Part shown: one piece after another, positions 30,040-40,010 of the stretch
Numbering within the stretch: position 1 is the first letter of the stretch
How the letters are laid out: each line of letters opens with the position of its first letter
Assembly (NCBI GenBank): GCA_963676795.2
Contig: CAXXTB010000001.1
Location: 384,001 to 448,000, forward strand
DNA: 64,000 bases
From: Geopsychrobacteraceae bacterium
GTDB taxonomy: Bacteria; Desulfobacterota; Desulfuromonadia; Desulfuromonadales; Geopsychrobacteraceae
Reading direction: 5' to 3'
Notes under the pieces: model-generated
Seen by the model: the letters and a program-made list of their open reading frames with translations, nothing else
Told to the model about the DNA's origin: nothing
Database searches by the model: none
Translations under genes and position numbers: made by a program

Positions 30040-31024
30040 TTTTCTGTCTCCTCAATGTCAGTCTGATCTTGATGTTTTCGACCAGCCCGGTGATCAGCCC
30101 CTGAGGGAGGAAGATCAGGACCAGCACCAGAATACCGCCGTGGACAAAGTCCTTGTAGGTTTCGAAGGCATCCATCCATTCCGGCAGGATGGTCAGAAAA
30201 GCGGCGCCGAGCAGCGAGCCCCAGACCGAACCCATGCCGCCGATGACAACCATGATGGCGAATTCGGTCCCCTTGAAGATGTTGAAGGTGTCAGGGCTGA
30301 CAAACATGTAGGTGTGGGCGAACAGGCTGCCGGCGATTGAAGCAAAGACCGCCGAAAGGACAAAGACCTTGATTTTGGTTCGCGCGGTATCGACTCCGAG
30401 TGCCGCTGCTGCGGTCTGATCACCGGCCAGGGCCGCCATACCGCGGCCGACGCCACTGCGCACCAGGTTGAGGGACAGCAGCAGGCAGATCAGGGTGATG
30501 ATCCAGATCAGGTAATGGAGACGGACTTCATCATAAAATTCGAATTCGCCGATCGAGAGTGGCTGAATCCCGGCAAAACCACTGGGGCCTCCGGTCAGGC
30601 TGTCCCACTGCAGGGCGATGATATGAAAGACGAAGTTGAGTCCCAGGGTCGCCATGGCCAGGTAGTGACCGGAGAGGCGCAGGGCCGGTACCCCGATCAG
30701 CAGGGCAACAAAAGCGACAATGAAAGCGAGCAGGAGCATCGCCAGCCAGGGGGAAAGCTCATAGTTGACCGTCGCTATCGCCGAGCCGTAAGCACCGAGG
30801 CCGAAAAAGGCCGCATGGCCGAGGGAGATCTGCCCCGCATAGCCGATAAACAGGTTGAGCCCGAGTACGACGATGGCGTGGATGGCGATCAGGTTGGTGA
30901 CGCCGAGGGTATAGGGGTTGTCGGTGACCAGCGGCAGCAACAGGATAAAAACACAGAACAGCGCGACTGTCAGGCCGGTGCGGTGCAGTGAGATGAAATA
31001 GAATAGTTTCTGTTTGCTGGTCAT
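30023..31024 (-). CDS. livM: Liv-type ABC transporter permease LivM
   Basis: GYAGQISLGHAAFFGLGAY; LRLSGHYLAMATL; LTGGPSG; VIGGMGSVWG. Confidence 0.92.
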   Translation of the reverse strand: MTSKQKLFYFISLHRTGLTVALFCVFILLLPLVTDNPYTLGVTNLIAIHAIVVLGLNLFIGYAGQISLGHAAFFGLGAYGSAIATVNYELSPWLAMLLLAFIVAFVALLIGVPALRLSGHYLAMATLGLNFVFHIIALQWDSLTGGPSGFAGIQPLSIGEFEFYDEVRLHYLIWIITLICLLLSLNLVRSGVGRGMAALAGDQTAAAALGVDTARTKIKVFVLSAVFASIAGSLFAHTYMFVSPDTFNIFKGTEFAIMVVIGGMGSVWGSLLGAAFLTILPEWMDAFETYKDFVHGGILVLVLIFLPQGLITGLVENIKIRLTLRRQKNAASE

Positions 31025-31044
31025 TACTGTTCCTGTTGCTATTT

Positions 31045-31152
31045 CCTTCTCCCATCGGGGAGAAGGTGCCCAACGGGCGGATGAGGGGAAAGTCTTTTGG
31101 CTTACCCCTCACCCGTCGCTACGCGCCACCCTCTCCCCCGATGGGAGAGGGG
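31045..31152. repeat. Inverted doublet of BoxC-like (family D) units
   Basis: 31045-31088 CCTTCTCCCATCGGGGAGAAGG...GGATGAGGGG and 31105-31152 CCCCTCACCC...CCCTCTCCCCCGATGGGAGAGGGG. Confidence 0.75.
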
Positions 31153-31182
31153 ATATCTGAATTCAAAACTCTAAAAACTGCA

Positions 31183-31393
31183 AAAACCGGCGGGTCTCGT
31201 CCCGCCAGACGAGTTACTTTTCTGTTGCGGGACAGAAAAGTAACCAAAAGAGCCCGCCCCGCTCCTTGGCCTTACGGCTACCCTTCGTTACGCAGCTAAT
31301 TGCAGCGCAGAAAAAAACTCGCCTGCGGCTCAGACAGTTTTTCTGCTTTATGCTGCAATCAGCCACTGCACTCCGGCTGCGTCACAGGGGAAC
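31183..31393. repeat. Structured intergenic repeat, family A copy 2
   Basis: Colinear homology with 28924-29144; 31186-31212 is the exact reverse complement of 48600-48626. Confidence 0.85.
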
Positions 31394-31398
31394 GACAT

Positions 31399-31899
31399 TC
31401 AGAGTTCCAAGCCTTTGCGGAATGCCGCCAGATTCTGTTCGACGAACTTGGTCGGTGCCAGTTTTTTGATCGCTGCTTCGCACTCTTCGGCTTTGCAGAA
31501 GACCTTCTGCTGTTTGACCGCAACCCCGAGCAGGATCAGGTTCAACAAAACTGCATTGCCCATTTCTCTGGCGAATTTCGCCGCATCAGTTCTGATTCCG
31601 ACGCCTTCCTTGTTGCTGTTGATCACCAGCGTTGCGCCCTGCTTAAGCAGTGACTGGTGAACCGGCAGGTTGGCGTCCCACAGCAGCAGGCCTAAGTCAG
31701 CCTGGCCGGTGCGGATCAGCGGGCTGGCGAAGCATCCGACCTTGATGGTTGAGAGGACGGTGCCGCCGCGCTGGGCCATACCGTGGGTCTCCGAGGTCAT
31801 GACCGGGATACCGCGCTCGACGGCGACCTGGGCGATCACCCGGGTCAGAAAGAGGACTCCCTGGCCACCGATACCACTGACGATGATCTGCTGTTTCAT
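31399..31899 (-). CDS. iorB: Indolepyruvate:ferredoxin oxidoreductase beta subunit
   Basis: SGIGGQGV; SETHGMAQRGGTV; GNA..LNLILLG; NLAAFRKG. Confidence 0.9.
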   Translation of the reverse strand: MKQQIIVSGIGGQGVLFLTRVIAQVAVERGIPVMTSETHGMAQRGGTVLSTIKVGCFASPLIRTGQADLGLLLWDANLPVHQSLLKQGATLVINSNKEGVGIRTDAAKFAREMGNAVLLNLILLGVAVKQQKVFCKAEECEAAIKKLAPTKFVEQNLAAFRKGLEL

Positions 31900-33722
31900 G
31901 GCTGCTCCTTCGGGACGATAGCGTTGACCGGACAGACCGGGATACAGCACCCGCAGGCGACGCAGCGGTCGTAGTCGACGACGGCGATACGCCGCTCTTT
32001 ATCGAGCGACAGCGCCGGGCATTCGAAGTTGCCGGTACATTTGCCGCAGCCGATACAGCTGTCGAGGATCTCGATCGGGATCTGCGGCTGCGACTTGCGC
32101 ACACCCGGTTCCATCAGGCAGCCGTGACGCGAGATCAGTACGGCGACGCCTCCTTCGGGGTTGCGGATGTAGCTGTCGGCCTGTTTGAGCAGAGCGCTGA
32201 AGCGCTTTTGATCGTAAGGGTCGCAGACTTCAAGGAATTCAACCCCGCTCGCCTTGACCAGCGGTTCGATGGCGATCGCCTTGGTCGTTTCGCCGCAGGC
32301 GGTGAAACCGAGGTGCGGGACCGGTTGGCCGCCGGTCATCGCCGTGGTGGCGTTGTCGAGGATCAGCACGATGATCCGCGCTTTCTGAATCACCGCGTTG
32401 ATCAGCGCCGGGATTCCGGCATGGAAGAAGGTTGAATCGCCGATGGTAACGACGACAGTCGGGAAGTCTTCCTTGTCCTGTTTGTAGGCCTGGAAGAAGC
32501 CGGCCCCCTGGCTGATACAGGCGCCCATGCAGTGAACCGTGTCGGCGGCTCCGAGATTCATCCCCAGGGTGTAGCAACCGATGTCGGACGGGAAGATGCC
32601 ACGCGGGAAGCACTGTTTGATGGCATAGAAGGCGGTCCGGTGTGGACAGCCCGGGCAGAGCGAAGGGCGCTGGCCGCGGCGGTTGATAGTCTCTTCTTCT
32701 GGCTGGGAGAGGTCCAGAAAGTCAGCCAACGCCTGGTGGATCAGGTCCGGGGTCAGTTCCCCTTCACGCGGAATCTGGCCCTGTTGTTTGCCGAAGGCAC
32801 CGGGGTGGGCGAGCTGCAGCTCAATGACCGGATAGGTTTCCTCGAGGATCATGATCCGGTCGTAGTGCTGATGGATCCGGTCGCAGAAATCGTTGCTCAG
32901 AGGGTAGGGCATGATGACCTGAAACAGGTCGATCTGGCCTGTCAGGTCAAGCTCCGCAAGCAGGTCGACCAGGTTGCTGTAGGCGATTCCCGAGGCGATC
33001 AGCGCGGTGCGCGGCTGGCTGCCGTCCCCCTTTGTCATACGCGGCTGCCAGTCCGGTTCGTCGGCCAGGCGTTCCAGCTTGTTATTGAGGCCGCGGTGCA
33101 GGGCCGGCAGAAAGGCCGGGGTCGCAGCCCAGCGGGTCGGGTTCTTTTCAAATTTGGCGCTGCGCTCAAGCTGCTGCACCGGTTTCAGCGGCACATTCTG
33201 GCGTGAGTGGCAGACCCGGGTGGTCGGGCGCAGGACGAGGTTCATCTCGTACTTCTCGGAAAGTTCATACAGGGCCGGGATCAGCTCCTTGGCTTCCGCC
33301 GGACTGGCCGGGTCGAAAACCGGAACTCTGCCCTGCAGGCAGAACAGCCGGGTATCCTGCTCGTTCTGGGAGCTGTGCGGTCCCGGGTCGTCGGCGACGA
33401 TGGTCAGCATGCCGCCCTTGGTGCCGATGTAGGCAGTGCGCATGAACGGATCGGCGGCGACGTTGAGACCGACCTGCTTCATCACCGCGACGCTGCGCTT
33501 GCCGGTGTAGCTGGCGGCCAGGGCGACCTCGAAGGCGATCTTTTCATTGACCGACCATTCGATATGGAGAGGCTCTACAGCTTCGTCGCGACGGTTGATG
33601 ACCGCCTGCAGGATCTCGGTCGACGGTGTTCCCGGATAGGCGGCGGCAATCTGGCAGCCGGCTTCCAGCAGCCCGCGGCCGATCGCTTCGTTGCCCATCA
33701 GTAGTTCAATCTGTTCACTCAT
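31896..33722 (-). CDS. iorA: Indolepyruvate:ferredoxin oxidoreductase alpha subunit
   Basis: GNEAIGRG, YPGTPSTE, MKQVGLNVAADP, SSQNEQD, CPGCPHR, DIGCY, GDSTFFH, LDNATTAMTG; two C-terminal CxxCxxC ferredoxin motifs. Confidence 0.94.
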   Translation of the reverse strand: MSEQIELLMGNEAIGRGLLEAGCQIAAAYPGTPSTEILQAVINRRDEAVEPLHIEWSVNEKIAFEVALAASYTGKRSVAVMKQVGLNVAADPFMRTAYIGTKGGMLTIVADDPGPHSSQNEQDTRLFCLQGRVPVFDPASPAEAKELIPALYELSEKYEMNLVLRPTTRVCHSRQNVPLKPVQQLERSAKFEKNPTRWAATPAFLPALHRGLNNKLERLADEPDWQPRMTKGDGSQPRTALIASGIAYSNLVDLLAELDLTGQIDLFQVIMPYPLSNDFCDRIHQHYDRIMILEETYPVIELQLAHPGAFGKQQGQIPREGELTPDLIHQALADFLDLSQPEEETINRRGQRPSLCPGCPHRTAFYAIKQCFPRGIFPSDIGCYTLGMNLGAADTVHCMGACISQGAGFFQAYKQDKEDFPTVVVTIGDSTFFHAGIPALINAVIQKARIIVLILDNATTAMTGGQPVPHLGFTACGETTKAIAIEPLVKASGVEFLEVCDPYDQKRFSALLKQADSYIRNPEGGVAVLISRHGCLMEPGVRKSQPQIPIEILDSCIGCGKCTGNFECPALSLDKERRIAVVDYDRCVACGCCIPVCPVNAIVPKEQP

Positions 33723-33758
33723 GTTTTCCCTCATATCACTGTGGCAGTTACTGAAGAA

Positions 33759-34634
33759 TCAGACCTTGTCGCGGTAGATCTTGCCGAACAGGCCGCTTGG
33801 CCTGATAAAGAGCACCAGAATCAGCACGGCAAAGGCGACGACATCCTTATAGGCGCTCGACCAGTAACCCGCGGATAAAGATTCGAGCAGGCCGAGAATC
33901 AAGCCACCGATGATCGCTCCCGGAAAAGAGCCGAAGCCGCCGAGGATCGCAGCGGCAAAACCTTTCAGGCCGAGCAGAACCCCGACATCGTAGTTGAGGG
34001 TCGTGATCGGTGTGACCAGAACCCCGGCCAGGCCACCGAGAGCGCCGGCGATCGCGTAACTGGTCAGCCGAATACGTCCGGCCGGTATGCCGACCACCGA
34101 GGCGGCCGTCGCGTTTGATGCAACCGCGCGCATCGACAGCCCCAGCGAGGTGCGGTAGAAGAACCAGGTCAAAACGACGATGGCGATCAGGGTCAGCAGC
34201 AGGATCCACAGGGCCTGAGGCAGCACGCTGGCACCGAGGATCTGGACCGGATGATCGGGGGTGAGCGGCGGCAGCGCCATGCGGTTCTTGCCCCAGATCA
34301 GCTTGATAAAGCCGCGCAGGATGATCGACAGGCCGATGGTCAGAAAGACCAGCACCATGTGATTGTCGGAACGGGCCGGGCGCAGACCGATCCGTTCGAC
34401 GAGCATGGCGATGATGGCGACCCCGGCGATGGCGAGCATCAGTCCGGGAACCATCGGCAGGCCCAGGGCAAACAGTGCCGAGAACATCAGCATGCCGCCC
34501 AGGGTGACAAAGTCGACCTGGATAAAGTTCAGAATCCCCATGGTGTTATTGACGACACAGAAGCCGAGGGCGATCAGGGCGTAGATCGCCCCGTTGGTCA
34601 GACCGGAAAAGAGATATTGAAGAAAATCGGCCAA
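33759..34634 (-). CDS. livH: Liv-type ABC transporter permease LivH
   Basis: GLTNGAIYALIALGF; GLSMRAVA; LKGFAAAILGGFGS; RPSGLFG; TTG start after GGAG. Confidence 0.92.
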   Translation of the reverse strand: MADFLQYLFSGLTNGAIYALIALGFCVVNNTMGILNFIQVDFVTLGGMLMFSALFALGLPMVPGLMLAIAGVAIIAMLVERIGLRPARSDNHMVLVFLTIGLSIILRGFIKLIWGKNRMALPPLTPDHPVQILGASVLPQALWILLLTLIAIVVLTWFFYRTSLGLSMRAVASNATAASVVGIPAGRIRLTSYAIAGALGGLAGVLVTPITTLNYDVGVLLGLKGFAAAILGGFGSFPGAIIGGLILGLLESLSAGYWSSAYKDVVAFAVLILVLFIRPSGLFGKIYRDKV

Positions 34635-34844
34635 AATCGGCTCCGTTGCAAATGATGTTCAGGGTTACAGCGTCCACAGAGTAGGTCAGAGGCGAAACGA
34701 CGTCAAGTAGAGAAGAGAGCGCCAAGATAAGGATATTCACGGGATAATTTTCTGCCGGACGGAATAAATGGTTGAGAATTTGATTTCACTTGTGGCAGAA
34801 AGTATGCCCTAATTTACAAAAAAAACAGGCGAAAGAGGGGTAGT

Positions 34845-35819
34845 GTGCTGAAAATCGGTATCATGGCTTATGAAAACTGTCTGCAGTCCGGGATTGCCGG
34901 AATGCTTGACCTTTTTACCCTGTCGAACTGGGAACGCAGGCGTCAGAAAAGCGGGGATAAAAGCCCGTTCTGCCGTTGCGATATCATTACCCAGGATGGT
35001 GAGCCGGTCTCGAGCTTCAATCGTCAGCCGATCAAGGCGACCAGGAGTTTTGCCGACTGTGATGACCTCGATCTGCTGATTATTCCCGGCATCATGGGCA
35101 AGCCGGAACTGCTGTTCGAACAGAAACCGCTGGTCAAGTGGGTCAAGGAGCAGCATCAGCAGGGGGTTGTCGTCGCCAGTGCCTGCAGTGGCGCCTTTCT
35201 GCTGGCGGCAACCGGTGTGCTGAAAAAACGGCTTGCGACGACCCACTGGCAGCTGGCTGATCGCTTTCGTCAGCGCTTTCCCCGCGTCGAACTGAACGTT
35301 GACCGCCTGCTGATCGATGGTGAGGACTATCTCTGCGCCGGCGGCACCAGCGCTCATGTCGACCTCGCCCGTCATATCATCGAAAAATATGGCAGTCAGG
35401 CGCTGGCCCGCTCCTGTGCCCGTTTTATGCTGCTGGAAGAGGGGCAGCGCGATCAGGCGCCCTTCGTCAAATTTCAGGGCTGCCGCAGCCATGGGGACAA
35501 ACCGGTCCTGCTGGTCCAGAAATGGCTGGATCAGGCTTACCGCGAGAAGGTCACGGTCAAGGGGATGTGCGGCCTGTCCGGGCTGAATGAACGGACCTTT
35601 CTACGCCGTTTCAAGAAAGCGACAGGCGAATCCCCCCTCGATTATCTGCAGAAGATGCGCCTGGAAAAAGCCAAGCAGATGCTGACCGCTTCGGAGATCT
35701 CCCTCGATGAAATCACCAAAGCTGTCGGCTATGCCGATACCAGCTCGTTCCGCCGTCTGTTCCGCCAGGTGATTGGTATCTCACCGACCGCCTATCGCCA
35801 GCGTTTTACGGGCAAGTGA
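34845..35819 (+). CDS. GlxA/FtrA-type AraC regulator (DJ-1/PfpI-like domain + HTH)
   Basis: SACSGAFLLAATG.L..RLATTHW; ERTFLRRFKKATG.SP..Y; VGY.D.SSFRRLF. Confidence 0.92.
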   Translation: MLKIGIMAYENCLQSGIAGMLDLFTLSNWERRRQKSGDKSPFCRCDIITQDGEPVSSFNRQPIKATRSFADCDDLDLLIIPGIMGKPELLFEQKPLVKWVKEQHQQGVVVASACSGAFLLAATGVLKKRLATTHWQLADRFRQRFPRVELNVDRLLIDGEDYLCAGGTSAHVDLARHIIEKYGSQALARSCARFMLLEEGQRDQAPFVKFQGCRSHGDKPVLLVQKWLDQAYREKVTVKGMCGLSGLNERTFLRRFKKATGESPLDYLQKMRLEKAKQMLTASEISLDEITKAVGYADTSSFRRLFRQVIGISPTAYRQRFTGK

Positions 35820-35830
35820 GTTTTCTGCCG

Positions 35831-35976
35831 GAAACGGCCCTTTTCCGCCGTGGCGGCGTCAAACTATACCCCCCTGCTCGCAAGCTCGCTTCCCCCCTAT
35901 TTTATAGGGGGGATTGAGGGGGGTGCCTCTACACAAGCCCTTGATTTTCTTGCTACGACGCAAAATTGCTCGTTTC
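35831..35976. repeat. Family C repeat with a family B unit (35871-35923) in its centre
   Basis: Ends GAAACGGCCCTTTTCCGC and AAAATTGCTCGTTTC shared with 46829-46948. Confidence 0.8.
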
Positions 35977-36028
35977 CAATCAGAAAACCAACGTTGTGCC
36001 TTCCGGAGTTTTCGGACAGCCATCTCGT

Positions 36029-36901
36029 CTAGCGTGTACGGTTCAATGTTCTGAACGAGGCCAGGGTGTGCAGGATCAGAGTCACCAGAATCAGGCAACC
36101 GGCAATAATTGTCAGTTGGTGAGGTACCTCCCCCAGAGCCAGCCAGACCCAGATCGGGCCGAGAATGGTTTCCAGCAGCAGGATCAAGCTGACCTCCGGC
36201 GCCTGCAGGTAACGTGGCCCCAGGGTGATCATGGCAAAGGCGAGCGGCAGGACGATTCCCCCGAGCAGAATCAACAGCCTGGCATCCGGCATGCTCACTG
36301 CCAGCGGCTGGGCCCCGATGGCCAGGGCGATCGGCGCAACGCACAGGTTACCGAGCAGGTTGGCCGGGATCATGTTGACCTCCTTGCCGTGACGGATGAT
36401 CACCAGGTTGGTGCCCCACATGGCCGTGGCACCCAGCGCCAGAAGATCCCCCAGTAACAGTCCATTCTGCAGACTCCCGGAGAAAATCAGCAGTATTCCC
36501 CCAAAACATGCGATTATCGACAGCTTTGTGTGGCGGTTGATTCTTTCCCGCAGCACCAGCCAGCTGAGCAGACTGCTGATCACCGGTGTGGCAGAGAGGA
36601 TGATCAGCACATTGGCGGCTGCGGTCTGTTTGATCGAACTGACAAACAGCAATGAGCCGATGGTGATGGTCAGGGCGGAAAAGAGCCCTGTCCGGCCAAT
36701 TGCGTAAAAAATGTGCAAGGTCCGTCTTCTGTAGCGGATCACCAGAAAAACTGTCATCATCATGGCTGTCAGCAGGCAGCGCCAGAACAGCAGGGTCCAG
36801 ATATCGCAATGAATCAGGCGGACCAGCAGCGTGTCGGGACTGAGAATCGTCACGGCAAACAGGGTCAGGAGCAGGCCTTTGGTATGATTTGGTATATTCA
36901 T
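36029..36901 (-). CDS. EamA/DMT family transporter
   Basis: ~10 TM; AANVLIILSATPV..LLSWLVLRERI; LLETILGPIWVWL.LGEVP. Confidence 0.9.
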   Translation of the reverse strand: MNIPNHTKGLLLTLFAVTILSPDTLLVRLIHCDIWTLLFWRCLLTAMMMTVFLVIRYRRRTLHIFYAIGRTGLFSALTITIGSLLFVSSIKQTAAANVLIILSATPVISSLLSWLVLRERINRHTKLSIIACFGGILLIFSGSLQNGLLLGDLLALGATAMWGTNLVIIRHGKEVNMIPANLLGNLCVAPIALAIGAQPLAVSMPDARLLILLGGIVLPLAFAMITLGPRYLQAPEVSLILLLETILGPIWVWLALGEVPHQLTIIAGCLILVTLILHTLASFRTLNRTR

Positions 36902-36971
36902 GCAGGGATAGATGTCACAGGGGCTCCTGTCAAGGCAAGAGTCTTTTTAGCAGAAGGTGAAAGGAACCTGA

Positions 36972-37241
36972 ATGGCAATCTCCGGAAATCCGAAAAAAAT
37001 GGCTCAGGACGTCGCCGGTGGCTTCCTGATGCTCTCGCCGCCCGGGTTGAAGCAGTACACCCCGGCAGATCTGAAAATCATACTCTACAATCTGCAGTTC
37101 GTTCAGCGGGAGATACGGCAGTTACAGATCCCCCGGGAAGAGGTCATGCAGATCAAGGCAAAAAACATGCAGCTGAGCCGTCTGAATCAGGCCGAGATGG
37201 TTCTGCGCAGTTACTGTAAAAAGATGCGTATCCCTATCTGA
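36972..37241 (+). CDS. Small hypothetical protein
   Basis: AAAGGA RBS; helical, basic 89-aa product; no family recognised. Confidence 0.7.
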   Translation: MAISGNPKKMAQDVAGGFLMLSPPGLKQYTPADLKIILYNLQFVQREIRQLQIPREEVMQIKAKNMQLSRLNQAEMVLRSYCKKMRIPI

Positions 37242-37248
37242 AAACCTG

Positions 37249-37623
37249 TCAGCCCTCAGCCTCATGTTGCTGGAGCCACAGGTCGAATTCCGAATCGACC
37301 AGGTCTCCGTTGCCGGTGTTCAGTTCCATCAGGCGGCGCAGATGGGCCATGGAGTCGCTGTCCGCTTCGGTAAAGACAAAGCCGTAATGGTCCCCTTCAT
37401 GATGGACAAGGCGCGCCTGAAAGCCGAGGTTTAGAGCGGAGTCCTGGAGCAGGATAAAGATCTTGGCTTCGTCACCCAATTTCAGCGGCAGTTGTTGATG
37501 ACACTGCAGCAAGGTTCCGCGCAGGGCCAGGTTGATGAGGGTGCAACTGAAATTCGCGGCGGCAAGGTGAATCTCGACTTTTGACTGAAAATCGACTCGC
37601 TGAAAATTGCGCTGATGGTCCAT
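37249..37623 (-). CDS. PilZ-domain protein
   Basis: RNFQR (RxxxR); NLALRG (variant of D/NxSxxG); HLRRLMELNTG. Confidence 0.85.
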   Translation of the reverse strand: MDHQRNFQRVDFQSKVEIHLAAANFSCTLINLALRGTLLQCHQQLPLKLGDEAKIFILLQDSALNLGFQARLVHHEGDHYGFVFTEADSDSMAHLRRLMELNTGNGDLVDSEFDLWLQQHEAEG

Positions 37624-37823
37624 GAGCTACCTCTTTAGAGTTTGCAAATGTCGGCATTTACGACAGAATAGGTCGGATTCACACTTGCAGTTGAGCTGCT
37701 GCAGGAGTACATTACCTTAAGAATTACTAAATTATTCAGATAATTCAACTTGAATCAGTGAATGGCTGTCTAAATATGCCGATCCACCCCTGTTTCAGGT
37801 TTAAATCAAGGGCAGTTATTTTT

Positions 37824-39917
37824 ATGTTAAATGGAAAAGTCAGAAGCGTCGGGCAAAAAGTATTCCTCATCATTCTTCTGGTTCTGGTGCCGGTCCTGGT
37901 CTGGGCCCAGGAGCCGGATTCCTTTGATAGCAACAGGGCCCGTCTGCTCGGCCATATGCTTCAGCAGCAGCTCAGTTATAAGCATTACAGTAAAAAACCG
38001 ACCGATGACAAGTTGTCTGAAGCGGCTTTCGATCTCTATCTCAAGCAGCTCGATTTCCAGAAACGCTTCCTGATCAAAGCCGATATCGACAAGCTCGAGA
38101 GCTTCCGCGATTCGATCGATGATTCGATCCGTCGCGGGCGGCTGGACCTGCCGTTGGAAGGGCGCGAGATGCTCAATCTGCGTGTTACCGAGGTCAGGAA
38201 GATGGTCGCGGAACTGATGGAGCAGAAGATCGATCCCGCCGCGGCTGAAACCCTGGAGACCGATCCGGAAAAGCTGTCGTTTGTCACTGATCAGAGCGAG
38301 CTGCGAGAGCGCTGGCGCAAAATCCTTAAACTGCAGATCCTCAGCCGCTATATCAGCCTGCGTGAGGACGAGGTCGGTGTCGATGAGGCTGGAGAACTGT
38401 TGCCGGTGAGCGATGACAAAGTGCAGGAGCTCTTTGTCCAGGCGACCGAAAAAGTCGGCAAGACCCTCAACAGCCTGTTTGACCGGATGCTTGAAGAGTC
38501 GCAGGAGGATCATTACGATCGCTACCTCAATGCTATCGCCCGAGCCTATGATCCGCATACCAGCTACCTGCCGCCGACCAGTAAGGAAGATTTTGATATC
38601 CAGATGAGTGGCTCCCTGGAAGGGATCGGCGCGACCCTGCGTGAGGATGATGGCTATATCAAGGTGGTCCGGGTTATTCCGGGCAGTGCTGCCGCCAAGC
38701 AAGGGCAGCTCGATGCTGACGATATTATTCTCAAGGTTGGCGAGGGGCTGGAAGAGCCGATCGATATTACCGATACCCGGATTCGCGACGCCGTTGCTCT
38801 GATCCGTGGCAAGAAGGGGACCGAGGTCCGGCTGACCGTCAAGAAGCCGGATGGCCGTCAACTGGTGATCCCGATCATTCGCGATGTGGTCGAGATCGAG
38901 GAGACCTTCGTCAAGGGGACGACGGTTGTCGATGAGCAAAGCGGCAAGACCTTCGGTTATGTCAAGCTGCCATCCTTCTACCGAGACTACAGCGGTAAAA
39001 CCGACCGCAACTGTACCGATGACCTGCGTGAAGAGCTCAAGCAGCTGCGCAAGGAGAATATCTCCGGGCTGATCCTCGATCTGCGCAATAACGGTGGAGG
39101 GTCGCTCTCCGATGCAGTCAGCCTGACCGGTCTGTTCATCAAAACCGGCCCGGTCGTGCAGATCCGCAGCGTCGATGGCGATATCAAGGTGTTGAGTGAT
39201 ACCGACCGTTCCGTCGAATATGACGGGCCGATGATCGTGCTGGTCAACCGTTTCAGCGCTTCGGCTTCGGAGATTCTGGCCGGTGCTCTGCAGGATTACG
39301 GCCGCGCTCTGATCGTTGGCGACGAGCACACCCATGGCAAGGGAACCGTTCAGGCGCTGCTTGACCTCGACCGTTTTGTCAACCTGCGTGGTATGGAGCA
39401 GTATATGCCTCTTGGCGCGGTCAAGGTCACGATTCAGAAGTTCTATCGGATCAGTGGCGAATCGACTCAGGAGAAGGGGGTTACCCCGGATATCGTGCTA
39501 CCGTCCCGTCTCGATGGTCTGGAGAGCGGTGAAAAATATCTTGATTACGCTCTTCCCTGGGACACCATCAGCTCGGCGAATTATTCCAGGTGGGCCGGTA
39601 TCCCCTACAACCTCAATACCCTGAAACAGGAGAGCGGGGCGCGGGTCGGACAGGAAAAGGTCTTTCAGGAGATCGTCAGTGAAACCGAAATGGCCCGTAA
39701 GCGGCGGGAAGACAGTGTTCAGTCATTGAAGCTCGCCGATCTGTTGATCGAGCGGACCCAGCTTCGGGAGATGGAGAAAAATGCCGTTGCTCATGGTGAC
39801 ATGGCGATGACAGACGACGAGGAAAAGGAGCCGGTTTCTCTCAAAGAAGAAATCAAGGATGACCCCTACGTTGAAGAAGGTATGATTCTGTTGCTCGATC
39901 TGATCGGCCAGAGTTGA
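37824..39917 (+). CDS. prc: Carboxy-terminal processing (tail-specific) protease Prc/Tsp
   Basis: YDPHTSY; LEGIGA (PDZ); DLRNNGGGSL; SASASEILAGALQDYGRA; GKGTVQ; GVTPDI. Confidence 0.93.
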   Translation: MLNGKVRSVGQKVFLIILLVLVPVLVWAQEPDSFDSNRARLLGHMLQQQLSYKHYSKKPTDDKLSEAAFDLYLKQLDFQKRFLIKADIDKLESFRDSIDDSIRRGRLDLPLEGREMLNLRVTEVRKMVAELMEQKIDPAAAETLETDPEKLSFVTDQSELRERWRKILKLQILSRYISLREDEVGVDEAGELLPVSDDKVQELFVQATEKVGKTLNSLFDRMLEESQEDHYDRYLNAIARAYDPHTSYLPPTSKEDFDIQMSGSLEGIGATLREDDGYIKVVRVIPGSAAAKQGQLDADDIILKVGEGLEEPIDITDTRIRDAVALIRGKKGTEVRLTVKKPDGRQLVIPIIRDVVEIEETFVKGTTVVDEQSGKTFGYVKLPSFYRDYSGKTDRNCTDDLREELKQLRKENISGLILDLRNNGGGSLSDAVSLTGLFIKTGPVVQIRSVDGDIKVLSDTDRSVEYDGPMIVLVNRFSASASEILAGALQDYGRALIVGDEHTHGKGTVQALLDLDRFVNLRGMEQYMPLGAVKVTIQKFYRISGESTQEKGVTPDIVLPSRLDGLESGEKYLDYALPWDTISSANYSRWAGIPYNLNTLKQESGARVGQEKVFQEIVSETEMARKRREDSVQSLKLADLLIERTQLREMEKNAVAHGDMAMTDDEEKEPVSLKEEIKDDPYVEEGMILLLDLIGQS

Positions 39918-40010
39918 CCACCAATCAAATCATCAAATAAGGGCGCATATTTGAGCGCTCTTTTTTTGTGCCCGGATACGCCGCTAAGCGAATTATCTGA
40001 AGACATATCA

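Noticed and set aside
28900..31400. CRISPR array or autonomous IS
   Set aside because: No regularly spaced identical repeats with unique spacers; no cas or transposase ORF in the window
34640..34845. AraC binding repeats in the livH/glxA divergent region
   Set aside because: Only weak TGGC/TGAC-like matches with inconsistent spacing
37827..39335. 502-aa minus-strand ORF
   Set aside because: Antisense shadow of prc
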